In this document: positions 31,462 to 40,881 of the stretch, piece by piece
Position numbering within the stretch: position 1 is the first letter of the stretch
Layout of the letters: each line of letters opens with the position of its first letter
Assembly: GCA_963826865.1 (NCBI GenBank)
Contig: CAWGYQ010000007.1
Span: forward strand, 8,605-72,604
Direction of reading: 5' to 3'
Length of the DNA: 64,000 bases
Source of the DNA: an uncultured Acidobacteriota bacterium
GTDB lineage: Bacteria; Acidobacteriota; Vicinamibacteria; Vicinamibacterales; CAVPJW01
Position numbers and translations under genes: made by a program
The notes under the pieces: model-generated
Databases searched by the model: none
What the model saw: only the letters and a program-made list of their open reading frames with translations
Told to the model about the DNA's origin: nothing

Positions 31462-33135
31462 CTAGTTGATTCCTGCGGCCGCCCAGGCTCGGGCCACCTG
31501 GGTGCGCTCGTTACTGGTGGCACCGTACAGTTCGGCCGCGGCCTGGAGCGTGGCGGCGCGGGCGTCTCTGAACTGGGCGGTTGGGGCGAGAAAGAAGACG
31601 AAGGCGCGATAGAAGATTTGTTCCATCCGGTCGATGTTCTCGAGGCCCACGCCGTCGACGACCTGGCCAGACACGCGGTTCCGGCCGCCGTTCACCGCCA
31701 AATAATATACCTGATTGACGATGTTGGCATTGACGTGCACGCCACCGTTGTCGGTCGCTTCCCCCACGAACTGGCGGAGGCTGTAATGGTCCGGATCGCC
31801 GACGACATTCGGATCGGCGAGCGACCGAAGGAACCCTGGTTCGAACAGGCTCACATCCTCGGCGATCAACCAGTCGCTCTGCTGCGGCCCGTTCCCGACG
31901 GGCTCATACGCGAATTCCACAGACGCGGCCATGATGTCCGAGAAGGCCTCATTCAGGGCGCCGGACTCGTCTCGATACTCGAGCTGGGACGAGTAATCGG
32001 TGACGCCGTGCGTCAACTCGTGCGCGACCACGTCGAGCGCTCCCGCCAGATAGTCGAACACCACTCCGTCGCCGTCGCCGTAGAGCATGTAGCCGTCGCC
32101 AAGATAGAGCGCGTTGTTGATGAAGCTGGCTCGCGTCTCCGGGCTGAAGGCCTCGGCTCCTTCGCGGAGCAGTGGATGGACGATGCCCTGAATCGGCAGC
32201 CCGCCGTCATCCAGGCTCAGCCGGTTGAAGCGCGTGTAGTAGTAGTCGTGCACCCAGCCCTGAAATACCTGCGCGTCCACCACGGCTCCGTCCACCCAGA
32301 CGTTGTCGCGATCGCGACTGATATCCGAGGGGAACGTCTCGCCCGTGACCAGAAAATCTCCGAGCCGGAAGATGCTCCCTTCGAAGTTGAGCGTGGAGAT
32401 TGGCGTCGGTCTGAGCGCATCGAACGTTTCGTATTGACCTGCCGATCGTCTGGTGCTCACTTTCCTGTGATCGCCGAACACCCCCGTGCCGCTTCCAATC
32501 ACGCCAGCCTGCGCGATCAGCCGGCAGTCGCGCCGCTCGACCGTTGCCGTCCGTGCGTTGACATACACGATCAGCCGGTCGGCCTTCGTGCGCACGCCGA
32601 TGCGGTAGACGAGTGCGTACCCGCCGTCGCGTCGCGGCAGAATGCCAAGCTGAGCCTCTCCGTAGGTGATCGCCTCCGCGCCCTCGCCCCGCGCGGCCGC
32701 GAGTCTGGCGGTTTCCTCGTCGACGGCGGGCACGACGTCGAGGGCGACGTCCGTGAAGATTCGTCCAAAAACCGAGAGGACCGAGCGACCGTCGACCTGC
32801 CGGATCACCTGGCCGCCGAATACCGGAAGTCCGTGGTGATATTGATCCAGTCGTTCGTGCATCCGCCCTGACATCCAGGAATCCCTCTGAACGCGCGCCC
32901 TTGCCAGTCGGCCCTCGCCGACCAGGAGAGCCACCCGGTCCGACCAGTCCGCGGCCGCAGTTCCAGAGGCGCTCAGCGAAAGCGTTTGTGGTGGAACCAC
33001 GACGGGCGTTTGCGCGCGCGAGGCCGTCACGGCCATGCTCAACCCCGACATGACGAGGAGCAGCGTGCGTGTTGGAAGACGTTTGAAGAAACGGCCGAAC
33101 GTGCGACGAACAATCGGGGCAGTTGTGGTGGCCAT
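31462..33135 (-). CDS. M4 (thermolysin-family) metallopeptidase with propeptide
   Basis: AHELTHGV, GALNEAFSD, DNGGVH; FTP-like propeptide (QYHHGLPVFG). Confidence 0.92.
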   Translation of the reverse strand: MATTTAPIVRRTFGRFFKRLPTRTLLLVMSGLSMAVTASRAQTPVVVPPQTLSLSASGTAAADWSDRVALLVGEGRLARARVQRDSWMSGRMHERLDQYHHGLPVFGGQVIRQVDGRSVLSVFGRIFTDVALDVVPAVDEETARLAAARGEGAEAITYGEAQLGILPRRDGGYALVYRIGVRTKADRLIVYVNARTATVERRDCRLIAQAGVIGSGTGVFGDHRKVSTRRSAGQYETFDALRPTPISTLNFEGSIFRLGDFLVTGETFPSDISRDRDNVWVDGAVVDAQVFQGWVHDYYYTRFNRLSLDDGGLPIQGIVHPLLREGAEAFSPETRASFINNALYLGDGYMLYGDGDGVVFDYLAGALDVVAHELTHGVTDYSSQLEYRDESGALNEAFSDIMAASVEFAYEPVGNGPQQSDWLIAEDVSLFEPGFLRSLADPNVVGDPDHYSLRQFVGEATDNGGVHVNANIVNQVYYLAVNGGRNRVSGQVVDGVGLENIDRMEQIFYRAFVFFLAPTAQFRDARAATLQAAAELYGATSNERTQVARAWAAAGIN

Positions 33136-33271
33136 GGCTGAAGGGTGACGTGAACGGAATGGTTCAGGTACTGTATCGTGTCACCTGGATCGGCCGGTAG
33201 GTTGGTGACACCAGATCGACGTTGTCACAATACTCCCGCATCGTTCGTCGAGAGCGCGATGGCCATCTCGT

Positions 33272-34630
33272 GTGGCACCCTACTCTCCGATCGGTCGCGC
33301 GTCAGCCGATGCTGGTGACTGGATGAGATGGAGCGCAGTCGGAATCCAAGCCGCAATTGTCTTCGCGGCCGTCGTGCTCGTCGAGGGGTGCGCCCTGTGG
33401 CGGGTCGAACGGTACTACGGCCACCTCCTGAGAGGCAACGACGCGCAATTCTACTACGCGGCCACGCGGAGCCTTGTCGTTGGTCGAGACCTGAACATAT
33501 CGGACGACATTGTCCTGACGCCACATACCGACCCTTTCGATTTCGACCACGATGGCTATTTCGAAGAACTGCCGCGCGACAAGAGAGGCCAGATTCTTCA
33601 CAAGCGTCCGATCGGGCTCTCGATCATCGAGGCGCCGTGGCTTTGGGCTGCAGTCACTTGGGTTCCGGATCCGCGCGGCGACACGCGCGCGGTCGGGTAC
33701 AGCGTCACTGATATCCGGGTGGTCGCCTTCGGTCTCGCTCTCGCGGTCGCGGCCGGGCTCGCTCTGTTGTACGCACTGATTCGCCGATTGTCATCAGCCC
33801 CGTGGGCCATCTTTTCGGTGTGGTGTGCCTGGTTGGGCACCAGCCTGTTTGGTTATTCGACGGCCGTCATCTTCATGGCCCACGCAACGGCGTTCACCCT
33901 GGTGATTGCGACCGTGTTCGTGGCTGACAGTCTTCGGGGCGACGGTCGGACGAATCTCAAGTTGAGCGTCCTCGGCGCCCTGGTCGGGCTGCTCTATCTC
34001 GTCAGACCCCAGCAGGTTCTCCTCCTTTTGTTGCTTCTGCCATATTTCCTTCGCGTGTGGCAACGTGACCGACAAGTGTGGACGCAGGGCGCTGTCACAG
34101 GGGTGGCCTTCCTGATCATCGCGATTGGCTTTCAGGCGGCGGTGTACGCGGTGAGTTTTGGCGAGGGAATCATCAGCGGGTATTACGCGGTCGGTGAGAC
34201 GTTCGACTGGTTCCAGCCCAACTTCTTGAAAGTTCTCGCGGATCCCGCTCGCGGGCTGCTCGTCTTCTCGCCCATCGTCGTCGTGGCCTGCGCGGGCTAC
34301 ATTCTGAACTGGCGGCGCGTCCCGATGTTTGGCTGGGTGCTGCTCGCCCACGCCATTGTCCAGCTGTATGTGATTGCCGCGTGGTCGGGTCGTCTGCAGG
34401 GCGATTCATTCGGCGCCCGCATGTGGAGCGAGTGTGCAGGGATGGTCGCCGTCGGCGTCTCGCTGCTCGAAACCTCGGCCCCAGCCATTCGCCTCGCATG
34501 GGCCGTCGTCGCCACCGCGTGCGTTGGCTGGGCGAGCGCGCTCCTCATCGTCTACATGCAGCGCGGATTTTCCTTCTCCACCACGTACGGAGATCTTGTT
34601 CGCGCGGTCTTGGGCCTCGTAACCGGTTGA
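33272..34630 (+). CDS. Polytopic GT-C-like membrane glycosyltransferase (putative)
   Basis: Many TM segments; early periplasmic loop ND..YY..RSL..D; LVRPQ; FGAR. Confidence 0.55.
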   Translation: MAPYSPIGRASADAGDWMRWSAVGIQAAIVFAAVVLVEGCALWRVERYYGHLLRGNDAQFYYAATRSLVVGRDLNISDDIVLTPHTDPFDFDHDGYFEELPRDKRGQILHKRPIGLSIIEAPWLWAAVTWVPDPRGDTRAVGYSVTDIRVVAFGLALAVAAGLALLYALIRRLSSAPWAIFSVWCAWLGTSLFGYSTAVIFMAHATAFTLVIATVFVADSLRGDGRTNLKLSVLGALVGLLYLVRPQQVLLLLLLLPYFLRVWQRDRQVWTQGAVTGVAFLIIAIGFQAAVYAVSFGEGIISGYYAVGETFDWFQPNFLKVLADPARGLLVFSPIVVVACAGYILNWRRVPMFGWVLLAHAIVQLYVIAAWSGRLQGDSFGARMWSECAGMVAVGVSLLETSAPAIRLAWAVVATACVGWASALLIVYMQRGFSFSTTYGDLVRAVLGLVTG

Positions 34631-34740
34631 CAGATCCAGACCTTCACGCTGCCGACGTACAAATACCATCGATAGGGAGACCTGTTCACATCACAACAGT
34701 GCCGTCTTAGGCCTCCCCAAGCGAACGCCTCCTGCTGGTC

Positions 34741-35047
34741 GGAAGGCTCGATCACCTCGCCACTGTCTACGAGAAGTACACTGGTAAGATTGCGGTTGAG
34801 AATCTACGGCCGAGCTGGCTGATCTTCGTTCGGATTCCGGAAGACGACCTTCCAGGTTGCGGCAACGCGCACGGTCGATGTGATGGCAGGCTGGGCACAA
34901 GTTCGGTACAGTTACGGCGCAAGCGTCGAGGACGCCCTGCAGAAGCTTCAGTACGACCTGTCCTACATCAAGAACATGTCCCTGGCGCTCGATCTCTTCA
35001 TCATCTATTCGACGATCAAGACTGTTCTGGCGCGAAAGGGCGCCTGA
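34741..35047 (+). pseudogene. Remnant of a priming sugar-transferase paralogous to 45839..47221
   Basis: [33 protein letters not shown]...DV joined to [46 protein letters not shown], stop at 35047. Confidence 0.85.
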
Positions 35048-35050
35048 GCC

Positions 35051-35944
35051 ATGGCCGCCGTCGTGAACGCGATGACGGTAGACGTCGAGGACTATTTCCA
35101 GGTCAGCGCCTTCGACGACATCGTGCCGCGGGACGGGTGGGCAAGCCGTGAAAGCCGCGTGTGTGCGAACACCGAGCGTCTCATCCGCATCTTCGACGAC
35201 GCTGGTATCAAGGCGACCTTCTTTGTGCTGGGCTGGGTGGCCGATCGTTTTCCGGCGCTCGTGCGGACCATCGCCCGCGAACAGCATGAGGTGGCGTCGC
35301 ACGGTTATGGTCACCGGCTGATTTACGATCAATCGCCGTCAGAATTCCGCGAAGACATTCGACGCGCCAAGGACCTGCTCGAGTCGCTCGCAGAGAAGCG
35401 TGTGCTCGGCTTTCGGGCGCCAAGTTACTCGATCACGAGCCGCACGCTCTGGGCGCTGGATATTCTGGCCGAGGAGGGCTACGCCTACGATGCGAGCATC
35501 TTTCCGATCCGTCACGATCGCTACGGCATTCCCAGCGCCCCCCGACATGCTTTCCTCATCGAGCGGGGTGGACGGCCGCTGGTCGAAGTGCCGGCCTCGA
35601 CTGTGCGACTGGGCCGGCTGAACGTGCCGGTTGCAGGGGGCGGCTACTTCCGCATCTTCCCGTATTGGTGGACGTTCCGAGGCATCGCCCGGGTCAACCG
35701 CGTCGAGGGAAAGCCGGCCGTGTTCTATATCCATCCGTGGGAGATCGACCCCGACCAACCGCGCCTGCCGGCGGATGCGATCGGGCGGTTCCGCCACTAC
35801 AGGAATCTCGACAAGACCGAAGCGCGCCTGCGGCAGCTCGTGAGAGACTTTGCGTTTGCGCCCATCGATAGGATGGTCGCCAACGCCCGTCCGATCGACG
35901 CCAGCGGTCTCGCATCGCTTGCCGGCGCCAGCCAGGCTTCCTGA
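35051..35944 (+). CDS. Polysaccharide deacetylase, XrtA/PEP-CTERM-locus type
   Basis: NAMTVDVEDYFQV, HEVASHGYGH, FRAPS, GGGYFR, YIHPWEIDPDQP. Confidence 0.9.
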   Translation: MAAVVNAMTVDVEDYFQVSAFDDIVPRDGWASRESRVCANTERLIRIFDDAGIKATFFVLGWVADRFPALVRTIAREQHEVASHGYGHRLIYDQSPSEFREDIRRAKDLLESLAEKRVLGFRAPSYSITSRTLWALDILAEEGYAYDASIFPIRHDRYGIPSAPRHAFLIERGGRPLVEVPASTVRLGRLNVPVAGGGYFRIFPYWWTFRGIARVNRVEGKPAVFYIHPWEIDPDQPRLPADAIGRFRHYRNLDKTEARLRQLVRDFAFAPIDRMVANARPIDASGLASLAGASQAS

Positions 35945-35980
35945 GAAAATACACGCCGCGGCCGGCCGAGTCATGAACCG

Positions 35981-36868
35981 ATGATTGATCTGCACATGCA
36001 TACGACTGCCTCGGATGGGTGCTGCAGCCCGACCGAGCTGGTTGGTCGCCTGCCCCGGGCGGGCATTACGGTCTTCAGCGTGACCGATCACGATACAACG
36101 GCAGGCCTCGTCGAATCGGCTGCCGCGGCGGTCCATGCCGGTCTCGAGTTCCTCCCCGGCACTGAGATCACTGCGGTCTATCAGGGACGCGACGTGCACG
36201 TTCTAGGGTATTTCATCGATCCAACGACGCCGGAACTGTGCCGCTTGCTCGCCGCGGGCCGTCAGAGTCGCGTGATTCGAGCCCGAGACATTGCCGCTCG
36301 GCTTGCGGCTCTCAACGTGCCCATAGACGTCGAGCGTGTGCTGGCTGCGGGCGGTGGCGCGGCAAGCGGCATTGCGACTGCTCGACCTGTTCTTGCACGA
36401 GCGCTGGTCGAGGCGGGGTACGTGAGCAGCATCCGTGAGGCCTTCGACCGATACCTGGGGGAGGGCAAGCCAGCGTACGTGCCCCGGCAGGGACGCTCGC
36501 CGTCCGATGTGGTCCAGGTGATCCGGTGCGCCGGCGGGGTCGCGTCTCTGGCCCATCCCGGAGTGCTCGGCCGCGACGAGCTGATCCCGCCGCTGGTCGA
36601 TGCCGGGCTGGGGGCTCTCGAGGCCTACCATGGCGACCACACCGCAGCGGACACCGGCCGGTACCTCGAACTCGCCCGGCAATACGGACTGGCGGTAACG
36701 GGCGGCTCCGATTATCACGGCGACGGCGTGCGCCGCGCTGAATGGCTGGGCGTCGTGGGCCTTCCGCCCGACGAGTACAAACGGTTCTGCGGTCGGGCTC
36801 GTCCGAAGCGATCCGAAGACAGGCCACCGCTTCCCGAGCGGGTGCCAAATCTTACCGAACTCGGCTGA
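35981..36868 (+). CDS. PHP-domain phosphoesterase (TrpH-like; candidate PAP phosphatase)
   Basis: DLHMHTTASDG, TDHD, AHPG, GGSDYHG. Confidence 0.88.
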   Translation: MIDLHMHTTASDGCCSPTELVGRLPRAGITVFSVTDHDTTAGLVESAAAAVHAGLEFLPGTEITAVYQGRDVHVLGYFIDPTTPELCRLLAAGRQSRVIRARDIAARLAALNVPIDVERVLAAGGGAASGIATARPVLARALVEAGYVSSIREAFDRYLGEGKPAYVPRQGRSPSDVVQVIRCAGGVASLAHPGVLGRDELIPPLVDAGLGALEAYHGDHTAADTGRYLELARQYGLAVTGGSDYHGDGVRRAEWLGVVGLPPDEYKRFCGRARPKRSEDRPPLPERVPNLTELG

Positions 36869-36916
36869 GACCGGACACTCCCTCCGCGCCAGCCGGTATG
36901 TGAGGACGAGACAGGC

Positions 36917-38666
36917 GTGACTTCTGGGACCGGCATGCTCGACACGAACGCACTCATTGCGCCGCACGGCGGAACTCTTGTGAATCTGCTGGGCGACGAG
37001 CCCCGCAGACTGCAGCTCCGGGAGGCGTCTCGGTCCTGGCCGTCATGGGACCTCACCGCCCGGCAGATGTGCGACCTGGAGCTGCTCATGGACGGCGGCT
37101 TCTCGCCGCTCACCGGATTCATGGGCCGCGAAGATTACGAATCGGTCTGTCGGACCATGCGGCTACAGAACGGCCTCCTGTGGCCCATGCCCATCACACT
37201 GGACGTGTCACCAGAATTTGGCCAGACGTTGACGCCTGGGGACACAATCGCGCTGCGTGATCCTGAAGGCGTCATGATCGCCGCGCTGGCCGTCGAGGAC
37301 GTCTGGACGCCCGACCGCGAGGCCGAGGCGGTCGCGGTCTTCGGAACCGCCAGCTCCGAACACCCTGGCGTGGCAGCGCTGCTCGGACACAATCGCACCG
37401 TCTATGTTGGCGGACGGGTGGAGGGACTTCAGCTTCCGCTCCATTACGACTATCCGTCGCTCAGAGCCACGCCAGCCGAGCTACGTGACGAGTTTGCGCG
37501 CCGCGGGTGGACCAGAATCGTCGCGTTCCAGACCAGAAATCCTATGCACAGGGCCCATCAGGAGCTCACGCGTCGGGCAGCCGACGAGGTCGACGCTCGT
37601 CTCCTGATTCACCCGGTCGTCGGGATGACGAAGCCGGGGGATGTCGATCACTACACCCGCGTCCGATGTTACCGCGCCGTCCTGTCAACCTATCCCCCCG
37701 ATCAGGCGCACCTCGCGCTCTTGCCGCTGGCCATGCGGATGGCCGGTCCGCGCGAAGCGGTGTGGCACGCGATCATCCGGAAGAATCACGGATGTACGCA
37801 TCTGATCGTCGGTCGCGACCATGCAGGTCCGGGACGCGATAGCGCCGGCACGCCGTTCTATGGTCCCTACGATGCCCAGGAGCTGCTGCGTCAACACGAA
37901 AAGGAGCTCGGTGTCGGCATGGTACCGTTCCGTCAGATGGTGTACGCCGTGGACTACGCCCGGTACTTTCCCGAGGATGCCGTACCCGAAGGCGCCAAGG
38001 TCCTGGACATTTCGGGCACCGAGCTCAGGCGACGACTCGCCAGCGGGGGAGAGATTCCGTCCTGGTTCACCTTTCCCGCAGTCGTGACCGAGCTGCGGTC
38101 GACGCACCCTCCGCGCAGCGCCCAGGGCATCACGGTGTTCTTCACCGGTCTTTCCGGCTCGGGCAAGTCCACCATTGCCAACGCACTGCTCGTGAAGCTC
38201 CTGGAACGGGGAAGCCGTCCCGTGACGCTGCTGGACGGCGACCTGGTGCGCAAGCACCTCTCGTCGGAACTGGGGTTCTCGAAGGAGCACCGCGACATCA
38301 ACATCCGGCGCATCGGCTATGTCGCCTCCGAGGTCACCAGGAATGGCGGCATCGCCCTGTGCGCACCCATCGCGCCCTATGACCAGGTGCGGAAGGAAGT
38401 GCGGCGCATGATCGAGCCGCTCGGCGCCTTCATCCTGGTCTTTGTGGCGACCCCTCTGGAGGTGTGCGAGGCTCGCGACCGAAAGGGGCTGTACGCGAAG
38501 GCGCGCGCAGGCATCCTGCAGCAGTTCACGGGAATCTCCAATCCGTACCGAAGAACCCGTCGATGCCACCCTGACGATTCAGACCACCCAGCTGTCGCCC
38601 GGGCAGGCCGCTGATCGAATCATCGGGCTGCTCGAGCAGGAGGGATACGTGGCGCCTGTGGCGTGA
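36917..38666 (+). CDS. Bifunctional sulfate adenylyltransferase/adenylylsulfate kinase (Sat-CysC), apparent frameshift near 38548
   Basis: FQTRNPMHRAH, GRDHAG, GLSGSGKS, LDGD, RKGLY; the C-terminus continues in another frame to a stop at 38666. Confidence 0.93.
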
Positions 38667-38795
38667 TCCGCCCGTCAGGGCTCTGGACGTGCCAGGCCCC
38701 CTGGAAGTCCCCTGTTCGGCCACCGCATCTCTCCAACCACCCCTCGGCGCCTGCAGGTAGTACACTGGGCGGCAGACTGAAGCATCCATACGCGC

Positions 38796-38826
38796 GCCAG
38801 GAAGACTTTTGTCAGCGATTCCTGGC
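38796..38826. promoter_or_regulatory. Candidate upstream activator sequence (inverted repeat)
   Basis: gccaggaa-15-ttcctggc, about 120-150 bp upstream of the sigma-54 site. Confidence 0.4.
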
Positions 38827-38944
38827 TTTTCAGGGCGCCCACGCCGGAGAACGCCGAGAGCCGCACACCCAGAGCCGGTTCTCAACGATGAGCTAAGGCA
38901 CTTATCTTCAATCAGTAACGGGTTTTTGGCCCCCTGGCACCTAA

Positions 38945-38960
38945 TGGCTGGCTCTTTGCA
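38945..38960 (+). promoter_or_regulatory. Sigma-54 -24/-12 promoter candidate for the EPS operon
   Basis: TGGCTGGCTCTTTGCA (GG-N10-GC, TTGCA). Confidence 0.6.
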
Positions 38961-39149
38961 AACCGATCCCCCGCGTCTTCGAAAGGGCTGAACGAGCTCC
39001 CCCGAACGTGGACATCCCTTCCTCAAGCGCGGATACGACTCCCTGGGTTTGCAGGTCGGTTACCGGGCTGGTTCTGGCAGGTGGGCGGTGCTCGCGGTTG
39101 GCGAGCGCTGGGGTGCCGGCGGCCGTGGTGGACGGCTCAAGGAACGGTC

Positions 39150-40217
39150 ATGAGAAACAACGGTCAGAGTGAGTTGGTTGGCGCGAGCGCCTCGATGATC
39201 GAATTGAAGCAGGAGATCGCGCGGGTTGCGCGCTCCGAGGCGAAGGTGCTGATCACAGGCGAGAGCGGCGTGGGCAAGGAGCTGGTTGCTCAAGCCATCC
39301 ACGTGCAGAGTCCCCGAAGCAGTCGGCCATTCATCGCGGTGAGTTGCGCCGGCTTGCCGGAGACCCTCCTGGAGTCGGAGCTGTTCGGGCACGTCAAGGG
39401 CAGCTTTACCGGCGCGTACCGTGACAAGCCTGGGAAGCTCGAGGTGGCGGATCAAGGCACGATGTTCCTGGACGAAATCGGCGAGATGAGTCTTCGGATG
39501 CAGGGTCTTCTGCTGCGATTCCTTGAAACAGGCGAACTCCAGAAAGTGGGCGCCGATCGGGTGGGAGGTCGCGTCGACGTGCGCGTGGTGGCGGCGACCA
39601 ACCGTAACCTCCGCGAGATGATCACGCAGGGTCTCTTCCGGGAAGACTTGTTCTATCGCCTGAACGTCATTCATCTCGTCGTCCCGCCGCTCAGAACCCG
39701 CAAGGAAGACGTGCTGGAGCTGACCGTGCACTTCCTCGCGCAGTTCACGCGGAACAACGGCTATGTCGTGCGGGGGATTTCGCCCGAGGCGCTTTCGGCG
39801 CTGAGCGACTACTTCTGGCCCGGCAACGTCCGCGAGCTGGAGAATGTCGTCGAACGTCTCGTGGTCACCGGTCGGAACGAGGTCGTCACGATTGATGACC
39901 TGCCGACGGAGGTTCGTTCGGCTGATGGCATGAGCGTTCGGCCGAAGCGCGAGCGCCGGCGGACGGTGGCTGACGACCTGTACAAGCGCCTGCTCGACGA
40001 GCGCGAGTCGTTCTGGACAACGGTGTACCCTCTGTATATGCGGCGTGAGATCACGCGATCCAATGTCCGCGACCTCATCCGGAAGGGCCTCGAGGAGGCG
40101 CGCGGCAACTACAAGATCGTCGTCAAGCTCTTCAACATGGAGCAACGCGACTACAAGCGGTTCCTGAACTTTCTGCGCAAGCACGACTGCCAGCTTCCGT
40201 TCAAGGAATACAGGTAG
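39150..40217 (+). CDS. Sigma-54-dependent transcriptional activator (bEBP) lacking an N-terminal sensory domain
   Basis: GESGVGKE, ESELFGHVKGSFTGA, FLDEIGEM, DLFYRL, WPGNVRELEN; the AAA+ domain starts about 8 aa after the ATG. Confidence 0.9.
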   Translation: MRNNGQSELVGASASMIELKQEIARVARSEAKVLITGESGVGKELVAQAIHVQSPRSSRPFIAVSCAGLPETLLESELFGHVKGSFTGAYRDKPGKLEVADQGTMFLDEIGEMSLRMQGLLLRFLETGELQKVGADRVGGRVDVRVVAATNRNLREMITQGLFREDLFYRLNVIHLVVPPLRTRKEDVLELTVHFLAQFTRNNGYVVRGISPEALSALSDYFWPGNVRELENVVERLVVTGRNEVVTIDDLPTEVRSADGMSVRPKRERRRTVADDLYKRLLDERESFWTTVYPLYMRREITRSNVRDLIRKGLEEARGNYKIVVKLFNMEQRDYKRFLNFLRKHDCQLPFKEYR

Positions 40218-40222
40218 CTCCC

Positions 40223-40864
40223 ATGACAAGCCGAATCCTCGTGATTCTCGCGATTGCCGGCGTTATCAGCGTGCCCGGCGCCTTTGCGCAGTCGAGCGCG
40301 CCTTCATCACCGGCCAGCCCGCCTGCACCGGCAGTGACCCCACCGCCGGCGGCCGCGCCTTCAGGGGCGTCGGCGCTGCCCGACGACTATGTGATCGGCG
40401 CCGAGGACGTCCTGGGCATTGTGTTCTGGCGGAATCAGGACCTGACGGTGGATGTGACGGTCCGTCCCGACGGGAGGATTTCTCTACCGTTGCTCAACGA
40501 CATCCAGGCCGCAGGTCTCACGCCCGAACAACTGAGGCTGAAGTTGGTGGAGGCATCCGCTCGCTACCTGGAGGATCCAACCGCGACGGTCGTTGTCAAA
40601 CAAATCAACAGTCGCAGGGTGTACATTACGGGCCAGGTCGCGCGTCCCGGTCCCTACCCGTTGATGACCCCCACCACGGTGCTGCAGCTGTTGGCAATCG
40701 CCGGCGGTTTGAGCGAGTACGCCGACTCCAAGCACATCGTCGTCATGCGCACGGAGGACGGCAAGCAGTTGTCGTTCCCGTTCGACTACAAGGCCATCAT
40801 CAAGCGTAAGAATTTGCAGCAGAACATCGTGCTCAAGCCCGGTGACACGGTCGTTGTTCCCTGA
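40223..40864 (+). CDS. Polysaccharide biosynthesis/export protein (Wza/OPX-like, short)
   Basis: YVIGAEDVL, VRPDGRISLPL, SLBB domain, LKPGDTVVVP. Confidence 0.9.
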   Translation: MTSRILVILAIAGVISVPGAFAQSSAPSSPASPPAPAVTPPPAAAPSGASALPDDYVIGAEDVLGIVFWRNQDLTVDVTVRPDGRISLPLLNDIQAAGLTPEQLRLKLVEASARYLEDPTATVVVKQINSRRVYITGQVARPGPYPLMTPTTVLQLLAIAGGLSEYADSKHIVVMRTEDGKQLSFPFDYKAIIKRKNLQQNIVLKPGDTVVVP

Positions 40865-40881
40865 GGACGACGAGGCATTCA

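Noticed and set aside
33178-33211. gtgtcacc-18-ggtgacac inverted repeat in the divergent intergenic region
   Set aside because: It could be an operator, but it is short, has no assignable regulator, and no second copy was seen.
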